From: Octopus sinensis
Taxonomy: Eukaryota
NCBI RefSeq assembly: GCF_006345805.1
Contig: NC_043010.1
Coordinates: 14,880,001 to 14,944,000 of the forward strand
Reading direction: 5' to 3'
Length of the DNA stretch: 64,000 nucleotides
Shown here one piece after another: positions 10,801 through 23,886 of this stretch. Numbering within the stretch: position 1 is the stretch's first letter; each line of letters opens with the position of its first letter. A program made the translations under genes and the position numbers. The notes beneath the pieces were generated by a model that made no database searches, was not told the origin of the DNA, and saw nothing but the letters and a program-made list of their open reading frames with translations.

Positions 10801-11289
10801 AGCGGGCCAACATAATTTTTTTAAAAAGTTCGTTATTTCTATAGTGAATCAATTTCGGAATTAATCCTACGGATTTTTCCTTCTTCAGTAGAAAATACGA
10901 TAAGAAATAAATGAAATATCTACACGCACCCATGCAAAAAAGCAAAAGCAACAGTCATGAGTACATCGCGGCAGGAGACACAAAGAAAAGCAGTTTTGTT
11001 CAATTCGTTATTTCACCAGAAGCAATCACGGAAAGACAGCCAATCGCTCTGTCTCAGCATGGTCTCAGCCTCTGGCTGAAATCAGTAAGGCATTAAAAGA
11101 TGAGGAGTGAATGAGGAAATAGGAAGACAGACAAAGAGTGGAAGCGTAACAATAAGAGAAGTGGATGCGAGACAATAAGAGAAGTGGATGCGTGTAAATA
11201 AGAGAAGACAAGGGAACAGAGACTGTGATGTTTATGTGTCATGCTTAAATGAAGAAGCAAATATTACACACATGAGAATTAAAATAATA

Positions 11290-11737
11290 TACATACATAC
11301 ATACACACATACATGCATACATACATACATACATACATATATACATACATACATACATACATACATACATACAGACATACATACATACATACGTACGTAC
11401 ATACATACATACTTACATACATACACACATACATACACACATACATACATACATATATACACACATACATACATACACACATACATACATGCATACATAC
11501 ATACATACATATATACATACATACATACATACATACATACATACATACATACATACATACATACGTACGTACATACATACATACTTACATACATACACAC
11601 ATACATACACACATACATACATACATATATACACACATACATACATACACACATACATACATGCATACATACATACATACATATATACATACATACATAC
11701 ATACATACATACAGACATACATACATACATACATACA

Positions 11738-11771
<34 letters not shown>

Positions 11772-11848
11772 CATACATACATACATGCACATACATACAT
11801 ACATACATACATACATACATACATACATACATACATACATACATACAT
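11290..11848. repeat. (CATA)n tetranucleotide array with an internal 172-bp higher-order duplication
   Basis: The variant block ACGTACGTAC...CTTAC recurs at 11391 and 11563. Confidence 0.95.
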
Positions 11849-12265
11849 GTATTTTGACTTATTTCAGCTTAAATTTGAAAGTGAAAACAGAAACAATAGA
11901 GGCAAAACAACGGCCTGCATTTTCCTTTACAATTCTATGTTTCGGAGCTGACGACCCTTGATCAGAAGAAAATGGACGACGGTGTCGCATATTGTTTGCC
12001 GAGATATGTGCACCTAATTTAAATGTATACTGTGGTGAGAGCTAGCAACACGGTGTAATATATTATTAAGCAATGAAACAGAATTAATTTCGACTAACGT
12101 TTCAGAGCATATAGACAGATAAAGACCTGCTGCTGAGTATCCATAACTAAAGTTGTAACATATTCACTGGGATAATGATAAATATTGTACTAATGGTGGT
12201 TGAATGGCCAAAGGTGAGATTTTATGCTGTCAATGCACCTGCTAAGAACAGAAGGAATCTCACCC

Positions 12266-12735
<470 letters not shown>

Positions 12736-13745
12736 GTGTGTAGATACATATACGTGGAAGTTACGTGGCCAAGAGTTTAGGGTGTTGTACACTGGAACGC
12801 AAGATGGTGGTGTATCGACTCCCATACCGGCGTTGCGACAGATTAGTCACGAAGTGGTTTAAAATTTATCGCGCACAACATCAAATAAATGCAATAGAGG
12901 TACTGCTGGTTGAGCTGGCCTCTGGCTGCGTATAACTGATGCTCAATACACGAGAACAATTAATAGAAATTTTATTCACCGCACAAAACGTTTTCCATGT
13001 TGGTCCAGAATTAATAAATACAACAACAAAGCATACACACTGCAAAAGACAATTCTATAGTTATGACAAAATAGTTGGTTAAAATAGCTTTGTGAATACG
13101 CTGTCAAGACTGTACATAAATCATGTCAAATTCATGATTGCAATACCGTAGCAGCTGTCTGCTCGGTTGAATAGGTTGTTAAAACAACTGTTAAATGCTG
13201 AGAAATGAGAATATTGTTTTCATTAGAGTATGTTTTTTTCACTCTGAAATTTGGCGCCTAAGACTCGTCTGTTTATAAGCCATGTTAGGAGATGTTCTAG
13301 AAAGTTCATGATGGCTTGATGCTGATTGGTCAGTTAATCGGCGGGTCTTGTAAAATGGCTGTTACTAAACTATGGCTTCAATTTGACATTTTGTCGATTC
13401 GGTTTCAAATCTACCACAGGTTATTTAGTAAAGCATTACATTTTAAACGACTCCAGTTCACTCAGCCGTAAAAAGGTAACCCTGCAACAGACAGGCGTTC
13501 CGTTTAAAGAAATGTTGTCCTGCTCACTTTGGCAGTAAGGTGGTATCTTTCGAAAGGTACAAGAATTCTGCCAAGTGCATTCTGTCAGGCGAGATATAAC
13601 ACCACCCGATAGCATATATAATGCAGAGATATATATGCATGTACATACTGTCGTTTAAGCCCCAGGAAGATATCTTTTCCAGCTGGCTATCAACACACTA
13701 CTTCGCAATCGGAGCTTGTCTTTTTCTCCGCTCCAGTAACTTAAA

Positions 13746-14172
13746 GGGATCTTTTCGGTTTGAACAGCAGTTTTTAACATAATTTCTAGGTAACTAACAA
13801 ATTTTAAACTTCGTATACTGGTAGAATGTGTTTATAAAACATCTTTTTCTCTTGGCTTTATTGAGAAAATTCTATAGTTTGTAAGATATTTGTTGTTTCT
13901 TTTCTTCAATTTCTGCAATTTCAACCAATCAGTGACGTCTATTGAGTTAAAAAGCATTCTGTGCCGTATGAATATGTCCCTCGTTTAAGAAACAGATTGG
14001 GTTTATTTACATTTGTGAAGAAAAAAAGATGCCCTTCCCCCACACCTAACCCTAACCGTAACTAACCCTAAAACAGATTGAAATGCAATAGATCGATACT
14101 AGGGTCATAATTATAGGTGACAATTTCATATGACACCGCTAGAAAAAACTGCCGTTCAAACCGAAAAGATCC
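13746..14172 (+). mobile_element. MITE with ~30-bp TIRs and internal (CCCTAA)-like cluster
   Basis: TIR GGATCTTTTCGGTTTGAAC(A/G)GCAGTTTTT. CCTAACCCTAACCGTAACTAACCCTAA at about 14046-14069. Homologs at 55926-56353 (reverse) and 63912-64000. Confidence 0.85.
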
Positions 14173-16409
14173 ATTTAAAGGCTCGGCAAAGCATGCCGAA
14201 AGAATATATAGCAGGCTTCAGAAAAGAAAAAAAAAGTACAGGGGGGAATAAATGAAAACAAAGTACTGGGATGAAGAAGTAGCAGGCTTCAGAAAACAAA
14301 AGTACTGGGGTGGACTTAGACTAAATTTCGAAGGTGGTGCGTCTTCATGACCATATTCCAGTAAATGAAACAAGTTGAAGATAAAAGTCACATGCTTGCT
14401 ATAATTCACGTAATGTATGCAAGTATCTGTATAATATTAAAACAGAAGTTGGAATCGATATATATATAAGACAAGTACACGAATGACAAAGAACAGAGCC
14501 AGTCTGGAAAGATAAATTATAGAAAGGCAATAAGACAATAACGTGTGCTTTCTGAGCCATCACATAAATATATTAGTAAAGTAGAATATAGTAAGTGCTA
14601 CGTGATGTTATAGAGCCAAAGTTTTTGTGATTAAAAAGAGCGGTATCTTTTGACAGGAGAATGCGAAAGTTCAGAGGTTAAGTTTTATTTGGACAGGAGA
14701 TTATTATAATTTTAAGAAAATATAATGTTTTTCAAGGATAGTAAATGAAATCTTTATTGGGATTAAAATATAATGAAGTAAAAATTTAGGAAAAAAAATT
14801 ATAGCATTCTCTATACCATCTTTGACATATATAATGATATTTAGAAGTAGAAAAAATAAGATAAAAATGAAACATTTGTAAGGTACCCTTCACGCTCATA
14901 TACAACCATGTACACTCACTCAACTTCCATACACCCATACTCACGCAAAACGTCCCCACATTACACACATATACACGACTCATCAAACATCTCCACCTAT
15001 ACACTCACTCCATCACTCACGTCTCCACACTTTCACCTTCACTCCCACTCACTCCCACTCACTCTCTTACTCCTATTCTTCTTTCCTCCATTTTCGCACA
15101 CAAACCCCATACCACCCCCACGTTCTCTCACACACGTACACCCCTCCCCCCACACCCTTTCCACACACTCGCACCTCCCACTCACGCCTCCACAATTTTA
15201 CCTGCACTCATACACATCCTCTTACCCCTATTCATTTCCCTTCACACAGCCATGGACACTCATCTACGCTTCTACACACAGTCCAGCCTCTTCTTCCCAC
15301 CCACACCTTATCTCTCTCTTTCACTCACGCTCTCTGTCTGTCTGTCTTTCTATCTCTCTCTCTCTCACACACACACAAACACACACTCTCGAGCAAACGA
15401 CGGAGTCTAAACGTGTTTGGTAGTTCGATTTGGTTCGATCTACTAGAAAGGGTGCTGAAGTCTCATCGAAACCATACCCTACAATCACACAAAGAGGAAG
15501 GTCACACTATATAATATGGTCCAGTGTACTCTAAGGCTAGGGAAAAGACAGGATGGTTACGGCTGCAAAGCTTTTTCTTCCTAGTCAAAAGGCTACTTTG
15601 CCCGACGAAGATTGAGTGGAGCAAAAGAACAGCAACGAATTAGTTCTTGACAATTGAATGGTCATGAGTGGAAGGCATTTGGTCAAATAAACAATTAAGT
15701 AACCATTAGAAATAGAAGTTCTATCTCTTGGTATATATAGGATTTACGTCGGTCAAGCTGTCCTTGTTCCTACATACGAATACGTAGGTCCTGGAACATT
15801 TTTTTTGTTTAGCAAAACTAGTGGTTGCTTATGCATACAAATTTCCACTCGTTGCGCCGTCAGTTTTTATCCAAGAGGAAGACTGCTAAATTGGGACGAT
15901 ATATATTTCTTTACTGTCCTCAAGGGGCTAAACATAGAGGGGACAAACAAGGAAAGACAAAGGGATTGAGTCGATTGGTGCCAGCTTGCCACCTTTAATT
16001 GGAACGATATAACTTAGCGGAATGTCTTCACGGGCATTGCTGTCAGAACGCAAAATGTCAGAAGAGATACCGCTAGGCATCTTATTCCACTCTCAAACTC
16101 TTTCACTAATCTAACATCCTGGACTTGTATTTTATTATCGACCACGAACGAATGAAAAAAAAAAATAATCTCGACCGAAAATTGAACTCAGAGCGCAAAG
16201 AGTCGGAATGAATATAGCAAGACATATGATTCCACACTCTAATGATTTTGCCCAATCGTCATTTTTGCTCAGCATTGCCTGCATACTACATAAGGCTGCA
16301 ATTTTAGATCAGAGTATAACTTCAATACACTATAAGGCAGCTTACACAGTATAGCGTTTGTACACTCGCTACACAATACGTAACCATAGTATACTATCAA
16401 GTACATCAA

Positions 16410-16517
16410 CCTTTAGCATACTGCATTTTCTCTGGAATTGTCTCCCCTGTCACTGCCATGTTACTATAGGGGAGGAAACTCACACTGTCGCGTGATGCAC
16501 CAACAGTGTGCTAAAGG
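16410..16517. mobile_element. Tiny piggyBac-like MITE
   Basis: Inverted repeat CCTTTAGCATACTG / CAGTGTGCTAAAGG with TCAA and TTAA flanks, and internal hairpins. Confidence 0.45.
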
Positions 16518-16851
16518 TTAAAGGCTTATAAGTCAAAGCTATGCCCCCACCTCTGTTAGCAGTGATACTACAGAAATTAGAGCCAGCATTGATTTGTTAC
16601 AATATAACGAGTGTATATGCATATTTCAGGAGATCTTGACCCTCCTCCAAGACCACATCCAACCCATTAAGCATTCGAGAAACCATTGCTTAAATAACAA
16701 CCAAATATAGCAAAAGAATTGATTGGATATACTAATTTTACTTAAGAAACAATTTCCTGGCAAATGGTATGTGCGTAATAATTACTGGTAGGGACACCAC
16801 ATTTTGTTCTGTGACCATAAAATATAAGCAAGTAAACCTGTAAAAATTACG

Positions 16852-17064
16852 GTCAGAACTGGTTTGTTACGACTAGATATTTGAGTTAGAACTGGTTTGT
16901 TACGACTAGAAATTGGAGTCAGAACCGGTTTTTTACGACTAGAAATTAGAGCCAGGACTGGTTTGTTACGGCTAGAAATTAGAGTCAGAACTGGTTTGTA
17001 ACGACTAGAAATTAGAGTCAGAACTGGATTATTACGATTAGAAATTAGAGTCAGAACCGGTTTG
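16852..17064. repeat. 33-bp minisatellite, about 6.4 copies
   Basis: Unit GTCAGAACTGGTTTGTTACGACTAGAAATTAGA with scattered substitutions. Confidence 0.95.
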
Positions 17065-17078
17065 CTATATATATATAT

Positions 17079-17141
<63 letters not shown>

Positions 17142-17145
<4 letters not shown>

Positions 17146-18514
17146 CAACAATTGAGGGTAAAATTAATTAATTATTAATCAATTTCACCAAGTATTCGGT
17201 ATGTAAAGGGACCATTTTAGGCGAATTCAAAATATTACATTATATATAAGGGCTCAGTAAAATAAATTACTTTGCCACATACTGAACTCATTAGAAATAG
17301 CAGCTAAAGAAATTTCTTCAGCTATTTCTAATACTTAAAGAAGATCTCTCTCAGATAGTGTTTGCCTAAACCAACTCACAAAGGTATGGGGGAAAAAACA
17401 TTAAAAAATCAAGTGCAAAGGTTATTTGAAAACGTACGTTTCTAGATTAGTCAATTCGACATTTCTTTCGTCAGCTCAGAATTCCTTGAATCGGATTTGG
17501 GAACACTGAAAGTTGGGAGCATACCCTTTCGGCTTCTTATCACCTCTAGAATTCTGCTCGAACTAAAAGTGCTATCAGATTCTAATATGCAAGCGAAGAA
17601 TTTCTGCTCTCCCCTTTCCACCAGCGTGGGTTAAAATTGACAAACACCATGTATTAACGGTGAAAACCGCAGCATTTAACAGAGAGAGATGAATTATAAT
17701 TTCAACAATTGAGGGTAAAATTAATTAATTATTAATCAATTTCACCAAGTATTCAGTATGTAAAGGGACCATTTTAGGCGAATTCAAAATATTACATTAT
17801 ATATAAGGGCTTAGTAAAATAAATTACTTTGCCACATACTGAACTCATTAGAAATAGCAGCTAAGAAATTTCTTCAGCTATTTCTAATACTTAAGAAGAT
17901 CTCTCTCAGATAGTGTTTGCCTAAACCAACTCACAAAGGTATGGGGGAAAAAACATTAAAAAATCAAGTGCAAAGGTTATTTGAGAACGTACGTTTCTAG
18001 ATTAGTCAATTCGACATTTCTTTCGTCAGCTCAGAATTCCTTGAATCGGATTTGGGAACACTGAAAGTTGGGAGCATACCCTTTCGGCTTCTTATCACCT
18101 CTAGAATTCTGCCCGAACTAAAAGTGCTATCAGATTCTAATATGCAAGCGAAGAATTTCTGCTCTCCCCTTTCCACCAGCGTGGGTTAAAATTGACAAAC
18201 ACCATGTATTAACGGTGAAAACCGCAGCATTTAACAGAGAGGGATGAATTATAATTTCAACAATTGAGGGTAAAATTAATTAATTATTAATCAATTTCAC
18301 CAAGTATTCAGTATGTAAAGGGACCATTTTAGGCGAATTCAAAATATTACATTATATATAAGGGCTTTTTCCCCCATACCTTTGTGAGTTGGTTTAGGCA
18401 AACACTATCTGAGAGAGATCTTCTTTAAGTATTAGAAATAGCTGAAGAAATTTCTTTAGCTGCTATTTCTAATGAGTTCAGTATGTGGCAAAGTAATTTA
18501 TTTTACTAAGCCCT

Positions 18515-18524
<10 letters not shown>
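17142..18524 (-). mobile_element. Tandem ~555-bp repeat (2.2 copies) plus inverted segment, hammerhead-bearing (Penelope pseudo-LTR or retrozyme-like)
   Basis: Units start at 17142, 17699 and 18254 and are about 99% identical. 18367-18524 is the reverse complement of part of the unit. Both ends lie in (TA)n, and each full unit has a hammerhead-like motif on the minus strand. Confidence 0.7.
17982..18033 (-). ncRNA. Type I minimal hammerhead ribozyme-like motif with canonical core (second copy at 17427-17478)
   Basis: Minus strand reads TGAG-CTGACGA-AAGAAATGTCGAATTGACTAATCTA-GAAA-CGTACGT-T-CTCA: 4-bp stem I, imperfect stem II, self-complementary ACGUACGU stem III, GUU triplet. Confidence 0.6.
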
Positions 18525-18583
<59 letters not shown>

Positions 18584-18585
<2 letters not shown>

Positions 18586-18790
18586 TTAATCCAAACAAGA
18601 AAACACAGAAAAAAAGAAAAAAAGAGAAAAACACAGCAACGCAGGACGTGGAACAATTAAAGTATTATTGACGCTCAGGAAAGAAGGGAAGGAGGGTTTA
18701 ACGTTTCGAGCGGAGCTCTTCGTCGGAAACAAGGAGAAGGAAAGATCCCACGGAGGGAAGACAGAGGAGACAATATTTGAGCTGGTGGTG
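18584..18790 (-). mobile_element. Short hammerhead-bearing element, family H2
   Basis: Homologous to 22516-22716, 49529-49688 and 60832-61034. Motif GTTT-CCGACGA-A-GAGC tcc GCTC-GAAA-CGT-T-AAAC at 18696-18730 (minus). The 3' end abuts (TA)n. Confidence 0.75.
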
Positions 18791-20532
18791 CTTAAGAGAT
18801 CACACACACACATATATATATATATATGAATTTGTATATATGTTCATACACGTGTCTTCGTCATTTGTTTTCCTGTAAATTTCGACTATATATATATATA
18901 TAAAAGCAAAAATGTAAAATCAGTTGAATTAGGTACTTACGTTGAGTCAACAGAATTTAGTACGGTATTATCCATACAATTTCTAAATAAGGTGATTAAA
19001 ATCAAAATAAGCAACAAGGATATCCAAAGGTAAAGCATTACCTCTGGATATCCTTGTTGCTTATATTGATATATATATATATATATCTGATTGATAATAT
19101 AATTCGGTCTAGAACATTTCTTAGGGAAATATATTCATTTGTTTATCAACATCTTTATAAACACGGAGATCTTCAACCTGTACCGAATTTCTCGGACCTT
19201 GAATTACTCTGTTACTTCCGCTAAAATCTTGTACGACTCTATTCTTTCTTTATCAACCCTTTCACGCTTATTCGTTCATTACACCCTTCGTTCTTTCTTT
19301 TCCCCTCTCTCACATTTCTCTGCCTTCTCTTCTTGCTCATTTTCCTTCTTTTCATTTCAGTGTGTCCCTGTCATTTTTTCTCGCCCCTCCTTAATTCTTC
19401 TGTCTCTCTGCCTCTACCTCTCTACCTCTCTCTCTTCTCTCCCCACGTTACCGGTGTTCGGCCAAGTCTGATCTTTCTTTCTTGCTTCGGCCGGAATTTG
19501 AACTCAGAACCTAAAGACAAACGTTTTGTGCGGCTTGCTAACGATTCTACCAGCTCGCCGCCTTATGTTTACCATTGTATTGACACCTTTGTTTCGTGCA
19601 TTGTGTTTTTTATTTGTTCTTCGTATTCTCCACACACACGCAATACATACACATATATACACACACACACACACACATACACACACACATATATATATGT
19701 GTGTGTGTGTGTCTGTATTATACGTATTCTATAATATATAATATAATATATTGCAATATAATATAATACACACACACATGAATATACGCTTATTCATATA
19801 TACATGTATGTATCTACGCGACCAAGGAGATACACATAATCATATACATTCACAGCCAATCACACACCTACCCACACACTCACAGAACCACTTATAGATG
19901 ACAGCAGAAGTACATCATTTGTTTCCAAATGAAATGAAAAAGAAAAAAAAAAACACCGAGCATCGACTTCTTCAAAAATCTTCATCATGAACAGGTGCCT
20001 GATGAATTTTTGATATTCTTACTCCATCCATTCCACTCCACTCTCTATTTGACTTTTGATTGGTTACTCATCATTTTTTGGCATTTTGGGGGGGCTTTTT
20101 TCTATATTTAACACTTGAAAAAAAAAATTGACAAGACAGCAACAAAAATATATAAAAGAGCAAACAGAAAAGCAAATAAGCAAAAAATGATGATAAAAAA
20201 AATAAAACAATACCAAAATATTACATCAAATTGCCTTCTTTTCGATTCCTCATAATAACAAGAGAACATCGCTTGTTGAGGTGAAAAAGTGGTGACTTAT
20301 AAAGTGACAGAGAACATGAAGAGTGCTAAAAACTCCAATTATACCTTGCGATATTTAGTTATATGCCGTGAATAAACATACATACATGAATGCATACATA
20401 TATACACACGTATATGCATTCATGCATGCATCTATGCATTCATTCTTACATGCATACATACATACATACATACATACATACATACATGCATACATATTAT
20501 ATATGCGTATGTACATATACATGTATATAGGT

Positions 20533-20800
20533 ACAAGTTGCTCAAAACCACATACCAAAAATATTAGAAATAGCAGCCAAAATTGGTCCGTATTTCCTCT
20601 ACTAGTAAAAAGTCTCCACATAATATTTTCGGTATGTGGTTTTGAGCAACTTGTTGCTTTTAACCCTTTATTATAATTATTATAACCCTTACCAAATATG
20701 GTCTTTTCCATACCGACAAATCTACTAGGTGAAATTGATTAATTTTATTAAATTAATTATATTCCACCCTTTATTGAATATTGTATATAGGTACAGATAT
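20533..20800. mobile_element. Diverged relative of the 555-bp repeat terminus with a fold-back
   Basis: 20700-20795 is reverse-complement similar to 17142-17225 (ATTAATCAATTTCACC..CGGTATG..GACCAT). 33-bp inverted repeat at 20533-20565 / 20622-20654. Confidence 0.55.
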
Positions 20801-20834
20801 ATGTATATATATTTGGGTAATGAGAGACCACCCC

Positions 20835-21020
20835 ACCCTCACCCCCACCACATCCCCACTACCACCACCATTACCACCGCCGCCACCACCACCACCACCA
20901 TAACCAACGCCACCGCCACCACCATAACCACCACCATAACCACCACCATAACCACCACCACCACCACCACCACCACCACCACCAACAACAACAACAGCAA
21001 CAACACAACAACAACAACAT
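20835..21020. repeat. (ACC)n/(ACA)n trinucleotide repeat
   Basis: Directly visible. Confidence 0.9.
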
Positions 21021-21342
21021 CAATGGCAATGAAGCATAGCGAAGCGTAATCCAAATTGATAAATTAAAACAAAATATAAATTGGAAAAAGAAAAAAATAA
21101 ATAAAGGGGATAAACGAAACCTTTCTCCAAGTACCCTTCACGTGCGCAGAACTGCCAAGAGGTGACAGCTGACAATTGTACCATGGTCATCACCCGTCAA
21201 TAACACTTTCACCAGCAGTTTTCAATAACTTCAATAAAAAAAAAATAATAATAATATACAGGAGCACTCAGTGAGCGCAAACCTCCGTCAAGGCAACACC
21301 GACGTCGTCTTAGCGATTAGCCAAAGATGATTTTTAAAATGA

Positions 21343-21746
21343 GGCGTAGGAGTGGCTGTGTGGTAAGTAGCTTGCTTACCGACCACATGGTTCAGGGTTC
21401 AGTTCCAATACGTGACACCTTGGGCAAGTGTCTTCTACTATAGCCTCGGGCCGACCAAAGCCTTGTGAGTGGATTTGGTAGACGGAAACTGAAAGAAGCC
21501 CGTCGTATATATGTATGTATATGTATGTGTGTGTATGTATTTGTGTGTCTGTGTTCGTCCCACCCCCCAACATCGCTTGACAACCGATGCTGGTGTGTTT
21601 ACGTCCCCGTAACTTAGCTGTTCGGCAAAAGAGACCGATATAATAAGTACTAGGCTTACAAAGAATAAGTCCTGGCGGTCGATTTGCTCAACTAAAGGTG
21701 GTGCTCCAGCATGGCCACAGTCAAATGACTGAAGCAAGTGAAAAAA
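21343..21746 (+). mobile_element. SINE family A, full length
   Basis: Head GGCGTAGGAGTGGCTGTGTGG through tail GTCAAATGACTGAAGC. Confidence 0.85.
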
Positions 21747-21814
21747 GTGTTCTCTCACGAACGAGAATACTACAAATGAACCCGACTGCTCTCAATAATT
21801 AATAAAAAAAATTA

Positions 21815-22016
21815 AAAAATGGAAAAATAATCCAGAATCTTTGTCGGGTACCGGATCGATCCCAAATTCTAATCAGGCCGTGCCAGTCACGAGGCCAAAC
21901 ATCCCTGAATGTTTCATCCGAATCCATCCAGTGGTTCTTGAGATATCTCGTCCATGGACAAACAAACAAAAGCAACCGAAAACAATACCTCCGCCTTCGC
22001 TAACGCGGAGGTAGTA
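21815..22016. mobile_element. Non-autonomous DNA element fragment with terminal GC hairpin (Helentron/HINE- or Crypton-like)
   Basis: Ends in AACAATACCTCCGC-CTTCGCTAAC-GCGGAGGTA after (CAAA)n, resembling termini of recalled non-autonomous elements. The family assignment is uncertain. Confidence 0.35.
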
Positions 22017-22246
22017 ATGATAGAAAAAAAAAACAGAAATGGAGAATGAACGCTTACGGTGTAAATGTCTGCTATTATTTGGCTTTCGTGTTGATTTAGC
22101 ATTCAGCCTTTACAAGAATAGAAATGCCATAGAAATATCTGATTAACAAAGTTTACTGATGGATTGGTCTTCAGTCATTAGACTGCGGCCATGCAGGGGC
22201 AACCACTTTGAAGGGGTCTTTAGTTGAACGAATCAACCCCAGTACT

Positions 22247-22249
22247 TAT

Positions 22250-22316
<67 letters not shown>

Positions 22317-22340
22317 ACTACTACTACTACCACCACCACC

Positions 22341-22399
<59 letters not shown>

Positions 22400-22425
22400 C
22401 ACCACCACCACCACTACTACTCCTA
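22247..22425. repeat. Compound (CTA)n(CTG)n(CCA)n trinucleotide array
   Basis: Directly visible. Confidence 0.95.
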
Positions 22426-22515
22426 CCAAAACCACCACCTGAGGTGGAAATCCACACCACTGTCTCTTCGGTTATCTGGCCACCTTTCTTTCTTTTATTA
22501 TCTTACCGTTTTTAG

Positions 22516-22716
22516 GACCGCGCGTGTACCGTTGGCGATTTTTTTCCTCTGTCTTCCCTTCTCTGGATTTTTCCTTCTCCTATGTTTCCGACGAAAAGCT
22601 CCGCTCGAAACGTTAAACCCTCCTTCTTTCCTTCTTTCCTGAGCGTCCAATAATACTATATTTGTTCCACGTCCCCGCGTTGTTGTGTTTTTTTTGTGCT
22701 TTCTTGTTTGGATTAA
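22516..22716 (+). mobile_element. Family H2 element
   Basis: Hammerhead-like motif at 22584-22618 with one stem II mismatch (AAGC/GCTC). Ends at (TA)n. Confidence 0.75.
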
Positions 22717-22717
22717 T

Positions 22718-22862
<145 letters not shown>

Positions 22863-22915
22863 ATGAAAGTGGGTTATTCGCAATTTACAACCGAATACAC
22901 ATACACACATATATG

Positions 22916-22970
<55 letters not shown>

Positions 22971-23344
22971 CATACATACACATCTATACACCGCTTACGG
23001 TGAAAATGTCTGTTGTTATTTGGGTTTTCTGTTGATTTAGCATTCGGTCTTTACAAGAATAGAAATGTAATAATGTCTGATTAACAAAGTTTACTGATGG
23101 ATTGGCCTTGTACAAAGATATTTTGGTGTCTTCTGTTATATGGGTGCTTGCGTGCGTGCATGTGTGTGTGTGTGTGTGTGTGTGTGTCTATGTGCGCGGC
23201 GTGTGTGTGTATGTGTGTGTGCTATGAGGTATTGCGAGTGGATACTTGTGGTGTTGTGTTGCAATGGAGTGTTGTGTAGAGTTGTTTGAAGATGTGTGAT
23301 AATGTATGGCGGCGTTGCTGTCTCGGTGTTTGTGATGGGTGTTA

Positions 23345-23843
23345 TCTTTTATCTTTTATCTTTTGTATTTTACTTGTTTCACTCAATTATACTGCGACCT
23401 TGCTGGGGCACCGCATTAAAAAAATTTTTAGTCGAACGATTCTACTCCAGTACATATATATATATATATTTTTGCTTTGTTTTTATCTAAAAAGCCTGGT
23501 ACTTATTCAATTGGTCTCTTTTTGCCGAACCACTAAGTTATGGGGACGTAAACGAACCAACACCGGTTGAAAAGGCGGCGAGCCGGCAGAAACGTTAGCA
23601 CGCCGGGCGACATGCGTAGTCGTATTTCGTCTGCCGTTACGTTCTGAGTTCAAATTCCGCCGAGGACGACTTTGCCTTTCATCCTTTCGGGGTCGATTAA
23701 ATAAGTACCAGTTACACACAGGGGTCGATATAATCGACTTAATCCGTTTGTCTTTCCTTGTTTGTCCCCTCTGTGTTTAGCCCCTTGTGAGTAGTAAAGA
23801 AATAGGTTGTCAAGCAGTGTGTGTGTGGAGTAACACAGACACG

Positions 23844-23886
<43 letters not shown>

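Noticed and set aside
14908-15423. 171-aa His/Ser/Pro/Thr-rich ORF
   Set aside because: It arises from C/A-rich low-complexity sequence with no G-rich codons or domain signature.
15447-15482. AGGGTG-CTGAAG..GAAACCAT-ACCCT as a hammerhead
   Set aside because: The core is incomplete and stem II is absent; it appears to be part of an old repeat tail.
16852-17064. Regularly spaced repeats resembling a CRISPR array
   Set aside because: The units are contiguous with no unique spacers, the context is eukaryotic, and there are no cas genes.
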